Below are positions 39,186 to 50,645 of a stretch of DNA of 64,000 bases, piece after piece. The stretch is taken from positions 28,520,001 to 28,584,000 of the forward strand of contig NW_026262712.1 in the NCBI RefSeq assembly GCF_021869535.1, in the 5' to 3' direction. Within the stretch, counting starts at the first letter, position 1; each line of letters begins with the position of its first letter. The translations under genes were made by a program, and so were the position numbers. This DNA is from Mytilus californianus (lineage: Eukaryota). A model generated the notes under the pieces. That model had not been told where the DNA came from. It was given only the letters and a program-made list of their open reading frames with translations, and searched no databases.

Positions 39186-40332
39186 CAGGAAAAATGGTAC
39201 CGGTATTTATTGCTTTTTACATTGAATTTGTATGTTAAAAGACAAAAGTATCTTCCAACTATTAAGCATCATTTACCGGTCTTTTGGGATTTTTGTCAAC
39301 TAGAAATGACTTATCGGTTATCAGGGTGAAATTTCGAAATTTCAATAAATCACAAATTGCTTTTATTAACATATTTCATGGAAGGGTAGGTTTGAAATTT
39401 TCAGAGGTTGTAGACTGAAAAACTTAGCTAACAGACACAAAAAAAATTAAGTTAAGTTACATATTTCTAACTGATAAATATGGCCGTTTTTCTCAACAAA
39501 ATTTCCGCTTACCGTTAAGACAAACATGTGCACCTGAATATTTGTAAAAACATGGCAGGACTAGATAAACATATTTTAAATGCATTTTATGTTTCAGAAA
39601 ATTAAAAGCTTTTCGGGATTTTGGGATATCTTTTTTTTGTTTCGTTCCTACAGAAGATGTATTCATTTGTAAACGATTAAACTCGTGAATCACTCCTTGG
39701 CTGCTCCGTTGATAGAATATGGGACGGAACCGAAACCCTGGTGGGAGAGCAGCAAACATCACAAGTTAAAGCTATCGTATCAAAGTCTTTGAGTAACAGC
39801 TCGTTTGTCTCGCTGTTGCTAGTTCGCCTTAGGTGCAGGAGGTCATGGTTTCGGCTAGGATTCAAAATAATGTGCCATGGTAGCTATAGCTATATATGTC
39901 TTTCTGCAGAATGCCACATTGTGCGCTAGCACGTAAAAAATCCGGCTCAGTGTGTCGATCTAGTACAAAACATGGTTTTTATTGATGTTCTCTTTCTGAA
40001 TAAACACTCAATTTGTCAATGGACGTCGCACAAAGGTCTAAAGTTTTGTCTATATAAATTGATGTGGTATCGTCTTTATATTTCAGGAAAAATTCAATGA
40101 TTCAATTTGTTGATATATGATGTGTACGAACGTTTTGGGTCTTTGGTTTAAAACATAACCCATTATGTCTCTATGTTATTTTTGTTAAGTGTTGAATACT
40201 TGATGGAGTTTGTATAAATAGTGAAACAGCCTTCCAATAAACGTCAAGACTATTTTGTTCGTGATAGCAATACAACATAGACATATCTAAATTCTAAATG
40301 AATGAGTGAAGAGCTGTATTTACATAAAAAAA

Positions 40333-41885
40333 ACACTAGAGGCTCCCAAGAGCCTGTGTCGCTAACCTGTATCTACTGTTGTTTTGGAAATCATGTAAAG
40401 TAAGGTAAAAATCATAATCAATAGTATTAGATACCCTAATAATGATTGAGGTCAAGTTTGGTTTAATTTGGCCCAGTAGGTAAATTAAAAGCAGGTCATC
40501 CCATTGTAGTCTTACAATAGTTGCTGAAGACCCCTCATCATTATTTAAATTAGTTTTCAAGTTGTGACCATTTGAAATTGGTTTTTTTTACAATTTTCCC
40601 TTAGACTTCTATAGTACACCCCTATGTTCACTTTTTATTCATGGCGCCCATGTTGGTTGTATGACAGGGTCATGGGATACATTTTTTAATCAAGATATCC
40701 TTTTGAAAATTGTGGCTAAATCTTATTCTATTTGGCCCAGTAGATTAAGTGGAGAAGATTTTTGTAAAAGATTACAAAAATTTACGAAAAATTGACTATA
40801 AAGGTCAATAACTCCTTAAGGGGTCAATTGACAATTTTGGTCATATTGACTTATTTGTAAATCCTACTTTGCTGAACATTATTGCTGTTTACAGTTCATC
40901 TCTATCTATAATAATATTAAGATAATAATCAAAAATTGCAAAATTTTCTTAAAATTACCAATTCAGGGGCAGCAACTCAACAACAGGTTGTCTGATTCGT
41001 CTGAAAATTTCAGGGCAGATAGATCTGAATCTGATGAACATCTTTAATCAGGCAGATTAGTTTTTGAGATATAAGCCAAAAACTGCATTTTACCCTTATG
41101 TTCTATTTTTAGCCATGTCGGCCATCTTGGCTGGGAGGCGGGGTCATCGGACACATTTTTTAAACTCGATACCCTAATGATGATTGTGGCCAAGTTTGGT
41201 TAAATTTGGCTCAGTAGTTCAGAGGAGAAGATTTTTGTAAAAGATGACCAAAATTTTCGAAAAATTGTTAAAATTGACTATAAAGGACAATAACTCCTTA
41301 AGGGGTCAATTGACAATTTTTTTATCATATTGAATTATTTGTAGATCTTACTTTGCTGAACATTATTGCTGTTTACAGTTTATTTCTATCTATAATAATA
41401 TTCAAGATAACAACCAAAAACTGCAAAATTTCATTAAACTAATCAATTCAGGGGCAGCAATCCAACAACCAAAAACTGCAAAATTTCATTAAACTAATCA
41501 ATTCAGGGGCAGCAATCCAACAACGGGTTGTCTGATTCGTCTGAAAATTTCAGGGCGGACAGATATCAACCTGATAAACATTTTAACCCCTGTCAGATTT
41601 GCTCTTAATGCTTTAGTTCCAGAGATATAAGCCAAAAACTGCATTTTACCCCTATGTTCTATTTTTAGCCATGTCGGCCATGTTGGATGGCAGGCGGGGT
41701 AATCGGACACATTTTTTAAACTAGATACCTTAATGATGATTCTGCCTAAGTTTTGTTAAATTTAGCCAGGTAGTTTCAGAGGAGAAGATTTTGTAAAAGT
41801 TAACGGACGACGACGGACGACGGACGACGGACGCCAAGTGATGAGAAAAGCTCACTAGGCCCATTGGGCCAGGTGAGCTAAAAAA
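40333..41885 (+). mobile_element. Full-length HINE/DINE-1-like element with internal tandem units
   Basis: 5' hairpin AGGCTC-CCAA-GAGCCT (40340-40355), three homologous internal units starting at about 40619, 41093 and 41649, (GACG)n, 3' hairpin AGCTCACTAGGCCC-ATT-GGGCCAGGTGAGCT (41849-41879), A-rich flanks. Confidence 0.75.
41411..41520. repeat. Perfect 55-bp tandem duplication inside the HINE
   Basis: CAACCAAAAACTGCAAAATTTCATTAAACTAATCAATTCAGGGGCAGCAATCCAA x2. Confidence 0.95.
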
Positions 41886-41889
41886 GATG

Positions 41890-43733
41890 ATGGCTAATAT
41901 AACAACTCATATTGATATCATAAACAATATCAAGCAGGACTCAAAGCATAAAAGACATTTTAAAAACTGGCCTAAGAAATTCTAGTTTCAACACCGTAAA
42001 GTTAATCTGTATATCTAAATATGAGTACATATAGTTTTAGCAGAAGCCGGTGTTAATAATCAACAGCTACTTTCATAAATGAAAGTGTATGGTTTGCTTG
42101 CATGTCTGATCCCCGGGTTTATAATTGCAGCCATCATGGCTTTATAAATATGCCAACCGATGTTAGGAATTAAACCTTGGTCAGTAAACTGGTCTTTATT
42201 TCACGGGATGCAGAATAACCTTCGCACCTTTCGTCTTCCGTACTTTTTTTTGGTCTATTTTCTGGAAGAATATCATTTCAGAATACATGTACTAATTACT
42301 AGAATATTAATGTTCTGCTTTTACATTTTATACTGTCACTATTTATATTGATAACGTTATATCGGTATTACGTCCCTGGTGGACATCAATTAGAACTGCG
42401 ACAAGAAAAACACGTTCTTTGTAGTACCTTTCTCAAAAATAATTTTGCAAAAACAAGAACATGTTGAAACGTATGAAAACAATTGATTCTCTTCTAAATT
42501 TCTAAAATTAATAAAGGTAGTCACATAACACCGGGGTTCTTGAAATATAAATACATGTATATAAATTGTACTTACCTAAGGCCAATACTGCTTCCATTTT
42601 AAAATCATCAAAACAGTTTTTCAAATTTCAGAAAAGGTGTAAAAAGCTTTGAAGGGGGTTAAATGTTCATCGTAAACTGTGACATTGCCAAATGTGGAAA
42701 CTAAAAGGAATGTAGCTTTGACATCCTGGAAAGTCCTGTGATTCGACGAAACATTATTTAAGGATGTAAGGATATTATTTACAATTTAGCATAAATGGTC
42801 CTTATATTATTGTATTCTAAATTAAGCTGTATCCAATTGTCTTTTAAAATGAAGTTTTATTACATAAAACAGTTAAAGAAATGTAATATTGTGCTATGGT
42901 CATTTTTTTTATTCGTGTCTTTCATATTGTTTTTCTTTTTTGACATAGTTATTTTTTTATAGTGATTAAGATTATAACATAATATGCTGTACCCCAATTT
43001 TTGACTTTTTTACCTATTATGTTTGTTTGTTTTGCTCACACATTGTTGTCAATATAATGGAAATCTATGCCCCTGTCATATAAGTGAGAGGTTTAACTAG
43101 CTATAAAACCAGGTTTAATATACAATTTCTACATAAGGAAATATCAGGAATATGACAGTTGTGTCCATTCGTTTGATGTGTTTGGGCTTTTGATTTTGTC
43201 TTGTGATAAAGGACTTTCCGTTTTGAATTTTCCTTGGAATTCGATATTTTTGATATTTTACCTTTTAAAAATACATATATGAGACAATAAAAATTAAGGT
43301 ACTCTGTGTGACGATACGCGGTAAAATGTTGTTTAAGATAACGTTATCGATGAATAACCTGCTCTATTTGTCTCTAATTGTATCACGGTAATTAATAAAT
43401 GCGATTTGAATAATGACGATAATTTTTATACTATTCCTACAACATAAATGTAGCCAGCCAAGTTAAGATCATAGTACACCAAAGTCATTATAATATCTCT
43501 TTATATATTTGTTTTATTTGAAAACTTTTTTTTTTGTAGAACTGAGGAAAAAAAGATATTATGGCTGGCGCCTCGAACATGGAGTGGTGTAAACCATGTG
43601 GAAGAGAGGGAGAAGAACAAAGAGCTCATTCATGGTGTAGTGGCTGTTCAGAACCATTGTGTGAGGAATGTCTAAATTTCCATCGGAAAGGAAAAACAAC
43701 AGAAAACCACAAAACAACTTCAATCCTCAAAAT
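41890..43733 (+). repeat. Local segmental duplication of the upstream region and 5' CDS of TRIM-like gene C (sister copy about 45325-47152)
   Basis: Collinear blocks such as CCGTAAA.TTAATCTGTA.ATCTAA (41994/45431), TGTTCTGCTTTTACA (42311/45761) and AAATGTAGCCAGCCA (43446/46836). The ATGs are 3421 bp apart. Confidence 0.9.
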
Positions 43734-43737
43734 GTAA
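43561..43737 (+). CDS. B-box1-only partial duplicate (58 aa): truncated paralogue, microprotein or extra upstream exon of gene C
   Basis: MAGASNMEWCKPCGREGEEQRAHSWCSGCSEPLCEECLNFHRKGKTTENHKTTSILKM*, too short for the ORF track. Acceptor at 43538-43539, all Cys/His ligands intact, possible donor GTAAGG at 43734. Confidence 0.7.
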   Translation: MAGASNMEWCKPCGREGEEQRAHSWCSGCSEPLCEECLNFHRKGKTTENHKTTSILKM

Positions 43738-44938
43738 GGTTTTGTCTATATGAAAATATGTGATATTGTCCGTTTGACTTTTAAACATTTGCAGAAAATA
43801 ATATGAAAAAAAACTAATCATATTATTTTTGATGTATGTTTATATATGATAAATACGAACTATGACGATCAAATTTATAATATCAGTTCTATAATTAAAA
43901 TAGTTACGTATTAGGACTATATATCATTTTGATTTTTGAAGTGTTAAATACTTACTCATGTTACTGGAGTTAGTATAGATTTTGAATCAGACTTTCAATC
44001 AAAACAAAAACAACAACTGTCATGTGTCCTGAATGTCTGTTTAGTTGTACTTTGTGACTTAACATATTCAAATGCTAAGGGACACTAACAAAAATAATCA
44101 TCACTTAACATTTTGATTAAAAAAATAATAGTTAATATATTTATGCTATTGATTCCTTAAACAAAAATGTTTCAAAAAAATCTTTTGTCTTTGTTTTATA
44201 AATTATTTCTATAATCTAAAAAGGACTATTTGCAAGCTTTGTATTCATTTCGCATGGTGAATTTCACAAAACAAAGATGCTCTGAAAAGATTTAGCAAGA
44301 AACACAGACGGAAAAATCCTTATATAAATATCTTTTCTTGGCAAAATACACATCTTTTGAGCGTTAAAATAAAAAAAAAACTAGAATAAGAAAATACAAT
44401 TGTGAAAAGGCCTTAATGGCTCAATTAAAATAGATTGGTATTAATTGTCTACCTTACTTAAATTTAAAGAAAACATTACAATTACACCCAAAATTTAAAA
44501 AAAGAATATATAATTCCGAAAGTGTATAATTGTTTTGATGCAGAGTTGTAACAAAATCATTCGTTTCATTCATGGAATAGCATTGCCAAAATGAACTGCC
44601 TAATGTTTTATAATAAGTGAAAACAAATTTCAACAATCACATGACATTAAACTGGACTAAAATCTAATTTTGTTTCCCTGTCAGTTAAGGTCATTTTAAT
44701 ATCTTAATAAAGGCGACAGTAGTATACCGCTGTTTAAAAAGTTCTAAATGTGTAAAATCTCATATTTCAATGAAGCAGACATTCAAAGCACATGTATGTT
44801 GTAATGGTTTTAATTGGAAGACTGATACACTCTGTTTACTTATTCAAACAAGTCTTTATCCTTCAAAAAAAAAACAATTAGCAAAGAGACCTGATGGTTA
44901 CCTTTTAAAACTATTGACCCACAATTTAAGAATTAATA

Positions 44939-45119
44939 CTGTGGATTCATTATTATTCGTTGGATACCAATTTTCGTGGTTTTCGTGGGTACAGGTGAAC
45001 CACGAATTGAAATGTTCAACGAATTACAAATTTTCTATCAGGTTGTATGCATGCTTTGGCAAAACCACGAAATCTGGTACCACGAAAATTGGTACCAACG
45101 AAAATAAATGAATCCACAG
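44939..45119. mobile_element. Tc1/mariner-type MITE
   Basis: TA|CTGTGGATTCATT ... AATGAATCCACAG|CA: 13-bp TIR, TA flank intact on the left and one mismatch on the right. Confidence 0.75.
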
Positions 45120-46166
45120 CAGTCAGTGTTCGCATATATCATATAGCAATATATACTAACAACAAAAATGTCGATTTGTAAAAATGGATGTTCAAGAAAT
45201 TGTTTTCTTCAAATATGTAGAGGTCAAACGAACAATACGATTATGTCTTGTTTATTAGTTATATAATCCCACACCTACATTGGAAGCGGGTTCAATGAAA
45301 AGTGTTATTTACATAAACAATGATGTTTTATGTAGCAACTCATATGGCTATCATAATCATTACGAATTAGGGTTAATTTGAAGCATTAAAGACATTTTGG
45401 AAATTGACCTATTAAACGTTTGTTTCACTACCGTAAACTTAATCTGTAAATCTAAGTATGGACACATATAGTTTCTGCAACAGGCTTTGTAACTAATTAT
45501 TAGTTTGTCTCATAATTAAAAGTGTTTGGTTCGCTACATGACTTTTCCCCAGCTCTATCATGGCAAGCATTATGGTTTTATAAAAATGCCAACCAATAGG
45601 AAGAAACAAACCTTAGTCAATGAACTGATCTCTACCTCTACGGGATATACAGAATAATTTCCACAACTTTCGTCAAATGTTCTATGGTCTATTTTCTGAA
45701 AGAATATCATTACTTGAAAACAGACATAATTATATAATGTTTCAATTGCTAGACCATAAATGTTCTGCTTTTACAGTTTATACTGTCACTTTTCATATTG
45801 ATAAGGCTATATGCAGTATCAATTGATGCCCCTGGTTGACAAAAATCATGTTCTTTGTAGCACCTTATTCAAAAATAATTTTGCTTTTGCAAAATCGTAC
45901 CTGAAATGCATTAAATAACTGTTTCACTTCTACACTTTCAATAAATATAGGTTATTTGATAACACCGAGGTCCTTGAAATATAAAGATATAAATTGTACT
46001 TATTCAAGACCAATACTGCTTCCAGTTCACAATCATAAAAATCGGTTATTCAAATAACAGAAAAGGTGGAAAAGCTTGAAAGCTAGTTTAATTCCTTTCC
46101 GCTGTAGACTGTGAAATTGCCAAATTAGGGATAATAAAAGGAGAATCAAGAGGTACGGAACTTTAA

Positions 46167-46453
46167 AAAAGAGGCAGAGGATACCAAAAGGACATCCAAA
46201 TAAACTGCCAACGACATGGCTAAAAAAGAAAAAGACAAACAAACAAACAAAAGTACACAAAACACAACATAGAAAACTGAAGACTGAGCAACACGAACCC
46301 CGCCAAAAACTAAGGGTGGTCTCAGGTTCTCTGGAAGCAGATCTGGCTCCACATGCGGCACCCGTCGTGTTGCTCCCGTTAGTACAAACCCGGCAATAAG
46401 TCTTATTCGGTACGTGACATTCGGGGAAAAGGGGACGGGATTGTAGTTACGAC
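46167..46453 (-). mobile_element. Diverged 3' UTR fragment of the Penelope-like family
   Basis: Reverse complement of GTCGTAACTACAAT...CCACATGTGGAGCAGGATCTGC...GGTATCTTTCGTCCCTCTT. Absent from the sister duplicate at about 42760. Confidence 0.75.
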
Positions 46454-46981
46454 AATTGGAATTTAAACATCTAATTCTATGAATCAAGGCATACATTATT
46501 TTCTGAAGTTTCGGATGGGAATATAACAATAGTATTTACAATTAAGAATAAATAGTCCACATTATTTGATTCTTTATCTGGCTGTATCCACTCGTTTTAA
46601 AATTTTATATTAAAATGGTAAAAAGATATAGGAGATGCATATATGAGGGGGGAAAGGGACACCCGTATGATGATAAACGATACAATGTTGTTAACTTTAA
46701 CGATGAATATTTTGCTCTATATATCGCTAATTATAAAAATGACGATAATTTCTAGGTTCATTCGACGCTAACAGAAGCGTAAAATGAAAGAAGAGGTCGT
46801 TTGACGATTGCAATTAAATACCATTTCTACAGCACAAATGTAGCCAGCCAGTATAAGCTTATAGCAGTATACACGTATATACATCTTAATTCGTAATTCA
46901 TACACATTCAAAATTTCTCTTAATATGTTTGTAATGGAAAATATATATTTCTTTTCTTGTAGAACTGGAAAAAAAGATAGT

Positions 46982-48676
46982 ATGGCTGGCGCCTCAAACA
47001 TGAAGTGGTGTAAAGCATGTGGTAGAGACGGAGAAGATCAAAGAGCTCATTCATGGTGTAGTGACTGTTCAGAACCATTGTGTAAGGAATGTCTAAAATT
47101 CCATCGGAAAGGAAAAACAACAGAAAACCACAAAACAATCCAAATCCTCAAAAGTTTTGGTTCATCGCGATCGGTTATCGAGATTCCAAAAACATGTCAT
47201 ATCCACGATTATAAGAAATTTTCTATCTATTGTATACATCACGATCAAATCGGTTGCGCCTCTTGTTTACGGGATCTGCACATCGAATGTGAAGAAGTAA
47301 TTTCAATAGAGAAAGCTTCACGAAGCTTGAAGAGAACCGCGATTGAAGATTTACAACGGCGAATTTCAGATTGTTCGCTTATAATAAGAAAAATAATCGA
47401 ATTGTATCAGAAAAATTTGAGTTCAATATCTGAACAGAAAAACGAATATAGAGAAAAAGTAAGTAAAGTTCGAAAGGATCTTAACACGTGTTTGGATGAG
47501 CTAGAACAAAATGTCGATAGAAAATTAGATGATTGTGATACAATATGCAAGGACGAAATTGAAAAAAGTATTAAAGATTTGACCACTAGAAAAAGTAAGT
47601 CAGAGTACTGGCACACTGCTATTGAAACGTTAACAGAAGATGATGATGATGGTTCCCAATCCAGAATCTTTGCAGCAATCAAGACGATAGACCATTTACA
47701 AGTCGAAGAAGAATCATTCTTGTCAAAGTTTCAAGAAGATTTGGTGGCATATGAACTGTTCTCGTCTCCATTTGACTTTTTAACAATTAAATCAATGCTA
47801 GCCACAATAGCTGATATAAAAATAGAGAAAATGAAAACTACAGTTCAACAATCATCGAATACCCAACAGATTGACACCTATATCCAACAAGGAAAAATCC
47901 AACTTCTTCACAAAATTAGCAGTTCTAAATTGGAAATGACAGCATTTGGCAAAGCCTGTCTTACTATGGACAATCGTATAGTTTTTGTCGGATACCCACT
48001 TCGTGTTTATGACATTAGTAGCTCCAGTGTTCACACAATACAAGTAGAATCTATATGGTCATCAGACATAACTTGTGATTTGAAAAACAATGTTTATGTG
48101 TCTTTTCCTGGTGACGGTATTTACAATATTGACATTAAGAACTTGAACGAAGGCCATCGTATCAACACAAAACAGGGTATATATCAACGGGTCAAACAGA
48201 AGAATGGCTTACTTTATTCAACCTGGGATGACGAGATCGTACTTTTCAATCAACAAAAAACTATAGTAAAGAAGATCGTACTTTTCAATCAACAGAAAAC
48301 TATAGTAAAGACCTTGGAATGTATATTCAAGCCAGTATTTATGTGCGTCGAAAACTGCGATGGAATATACATTTCTGACGGTAAATCAATCATACGTATG
48401 ACTGAAACTGGTTCACATAATATTGTTCCTACCATAATGGAGATGGGTGAAGTCATTACAGGACTAGACGTAGATGGGCAAGGGCAGTTATATGCATGTA
48501 TTTATACCGATGTAGTAGGAACAGTTGTGCGAATAAACACGACTACAGGATACAGGGAACCAGTATTAGAAAATCTCGTAACTCCGTGTTATATCTCTTT
48601 TCATCCGACTAAGAATATGTTTCTTGTTATCACTGATCGCGGAAAGGAATGTTCAGTTTATTTTGTCACAAATTAA
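46982..48676 (+). CDS. RING-less TRIM-like protein C (564 aa): two B-boxes, coiled coil, NHL-like beta-propeller
   Basis: Intact ORF from MAGASN, paralogous to gene A along its full length. Acceptor ttttcttgtag at 46961-46962. Carries a 13-aa internal duplication and a DDDD insertion. Confidence 0.92.
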   Translation: MAGASNMKWCKACGRDGEDQRAHSWCSDCSEPLCKECLKFHRKGKTTENHKTIQILKSFGSSRSVIEIPKTCHIHDYKKFSIYCIHHDQIGCASCLRDLHIECEEVISIEKASRSLKRTAIEDLQRRISDCSLIIRKIIELYQKNLSSISEQKNEYREKVSKVRKDLNTCLDELEQNVDRKLDDCDTICKDEIEKSIKDLTTRKSKSEYWHTAIETLTEDDDDGSQSRIFAAIKTIDHLQVEEESFLSKFQEDLVAYELFSSPFDFLTIKSMLATIADIKIEKMKTTVQQSSNTQQIDTYIQQGKIQLLHKISSSKLEMTAFGKACLTMDNRIVFVGYPLRVYDISSSSVHTIQVESIWSSDITCDLKNNVYVSFPGDGIYNIDIKNLNEGHRINTKQGIYQRVKQKNGLLYSTWDDEIVLFNQQKTIVKKIVLFNQQKTIVKTLECIFKPVFMCVENCDGIYISDGKSIIRMTETGSHNIVPTIMEMGEVITGLDVDGQGQLYACIYTDVVGTVVRINTTTGYREPVLENLVTPCYISFHPTKNMFLVITDRGKECSVYFVTN

Positions 48677-49294
48677 CATGAACTTTTTAAATACAGTCGA
48701 CTCTCGTTATTTCAAAGTCAGCCAGACCAGAGAAATATTTCGACATACCCATAGTTCGACTCAAACGGAAACAAGAATTTTGACATACTAAGGGACACAA
48801 CACTTGCTTAGCCAGATCGATGTATTTGTATGTTATGGCCTTTATATTTTATGTCTCTTATCTATTTTTTTGTACTTGATAAAGTTGAATTAAGTTTTAA
48901 TCTTTAAATTATAATTGACATGCTTGTTAAATACACATAAAATTTATCTTGAATCACAAATTATATTGTCTTCATCGTTCAAATAAGTTCATTGTTTGAA
49001 TTTTATTTCCTTAATGTTCAGTGGCAAATATTTCATTCATATCCAGACCAGGACAAATCAACAACAACTTCAAGAAAGTTCTGAAATATAAATGATCTGG
49101 GAGGAAGGGCGGGACATTGCACTGCCACTAGTAAAAATGGACAATTTAATGTCACATACTTCTAACAAATTGCCCCTCTTTAAAATGTTTTACTAACACC
49201 AATTTCGTCTAATTATCTCGTTTTTGACATGTACTATTCGATCATGATGGTTGTTGTATTAAGAAAAAGTCTTTTAAAAAGCATCTGTAAAGGA

Positions 49295-49300
49295 ATTAAA
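49295..49300 (+). terminator. Probable polyadenylation signal of TRIM-like gene C
   Basis: ATTAAA about 620 nt after the stop, in TAAAGGAATTAAAG...TTTTGTGTCGTCGGATTTCTGTC, homologous to the blocks behind genes A and B. Confidence 0.5.
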
Positions 49301-49806
49301 GGTATAAAAATAAATTTTGTGTCGTCGGATTTCTGTCTAAGTGATGTATAACTAGGATATTTTATTCATAATGTTGAGCATTTACATTCACTGAATCATT
49401 GAATTGAGTTGCAAGGTTTGATTCCAAACTCGAAAAAAAAAAATGAACGAATGAGCCTCTTTAACAATTGACAGAAAATTTCAATTTTTTAGACTAACAG
49501 CTAAGCTGTTAATTGAACAATAATCCATCTGAATTTTGCATTTCAATAGGATATTAAAAACTGCGGGTTTTGAGTACAAATTAACTGTTTGATGGACACT
49601 ACATTGTTTCACAAAAAAGTATCAATAACCAAAAGTATACAGAAGTGCGTGCATGCAGATACATTGTGTATATTTCAATACATTGAGAGCATGGCGTGTC
49701 GAATTCCTGATAGCATAATTTTCAGCGACACATATTTTACATTTACACATTGTTTATAGTCAAGCGGATATAAACTAATTGGGATATTCAAGTTCTAGAC
49801 ATAGTG

Positions 49807-50086
49807 GAGGGTCTTGATGGGTTTGGTTTACAGAATAGGGAATAATGGGCAAAAAGTGCTGAATAAATGGCTAAAAATTAATGAATAGAGAAAAAAAGGC
49901 TAAAATTTAAAGAATAGAGAATAATGTGGTGCTAAAATATAAAGAATAGAGACTAATGGGGTGCTAAAATATATAGAATAAAGAATAATGAGCAAGATGT
50001 ATAAACAAAAGTGAAAAATGGCTAAAAATTAAAAAATACAGAATTGAAGACACTCCCCCCCCCCCCCCCTACAATTCCAGACCCTC
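49807..50086. mobile_element. MITE with GAGGG termini, internal A-rich tandem units and a probable 6-bp TSD
   Basis: GAGGGTCTTGA vs TCCAGACCCTC (10/11). Flanks ATAGTG and ACAGTG. Confidence 0.65.
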
Positions 50087-50506
50087 ACAGTGATGATACT
50101 ACATTGGATCGGCTCTTTGTATTAAGCAAAATACATATCTTGTATATAGATCATGACTTAGGGCCTGGGGTTTCAGTCTTGCATATGTCCAGTCATTGAC
50201 ACTAAAACTCAATGTTTTCATAATCACTACTTTTTTCCCAGTTATCATGGGTTAAAGGACAACAATGTGTGTTGGATAAATTTATTGCAAGATGTTCATA
50301 CAGGGTTCATCTCAACTTGACCTTATTTCATGGTTCAATGATCGATGTTACTTTTTTTCCTTACTAGGTCCATTTTTTAGATACTATCTGTTTGGTCAAC
50401 TGCTTTGATTGTATATAATGATTACAAAGTGTACATTTCGGTCTAACAGGAATTGTGAAAAATCTTTTTCTCAGAAACTATCAGCAGTAGATCAAATACA
50501 CTGTAT

Positions 50507-50645
50507 GAGGGGCCTTATGGGTTATTTTCGTTCTTCGTGATCGGCGCATTTTCGCTATCGTGATCGGTTTTTCTACAGATTTATTTTTTTTTTATATTTT
50601 CGTGATCCGTGACCCCCCCCCCCCCCCCCCCCCATCAGGCCCCTC
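50507..50645. mobile_element. MITE with GAGGG termini and a perfect 6-bp TSD
   Basis: GAGGGGCCTTATGGG vs CCCATCAGGCCCCTC (14/15). CTGTAT at 50501-50506 and 50646-50651. Confidence 0.85.
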
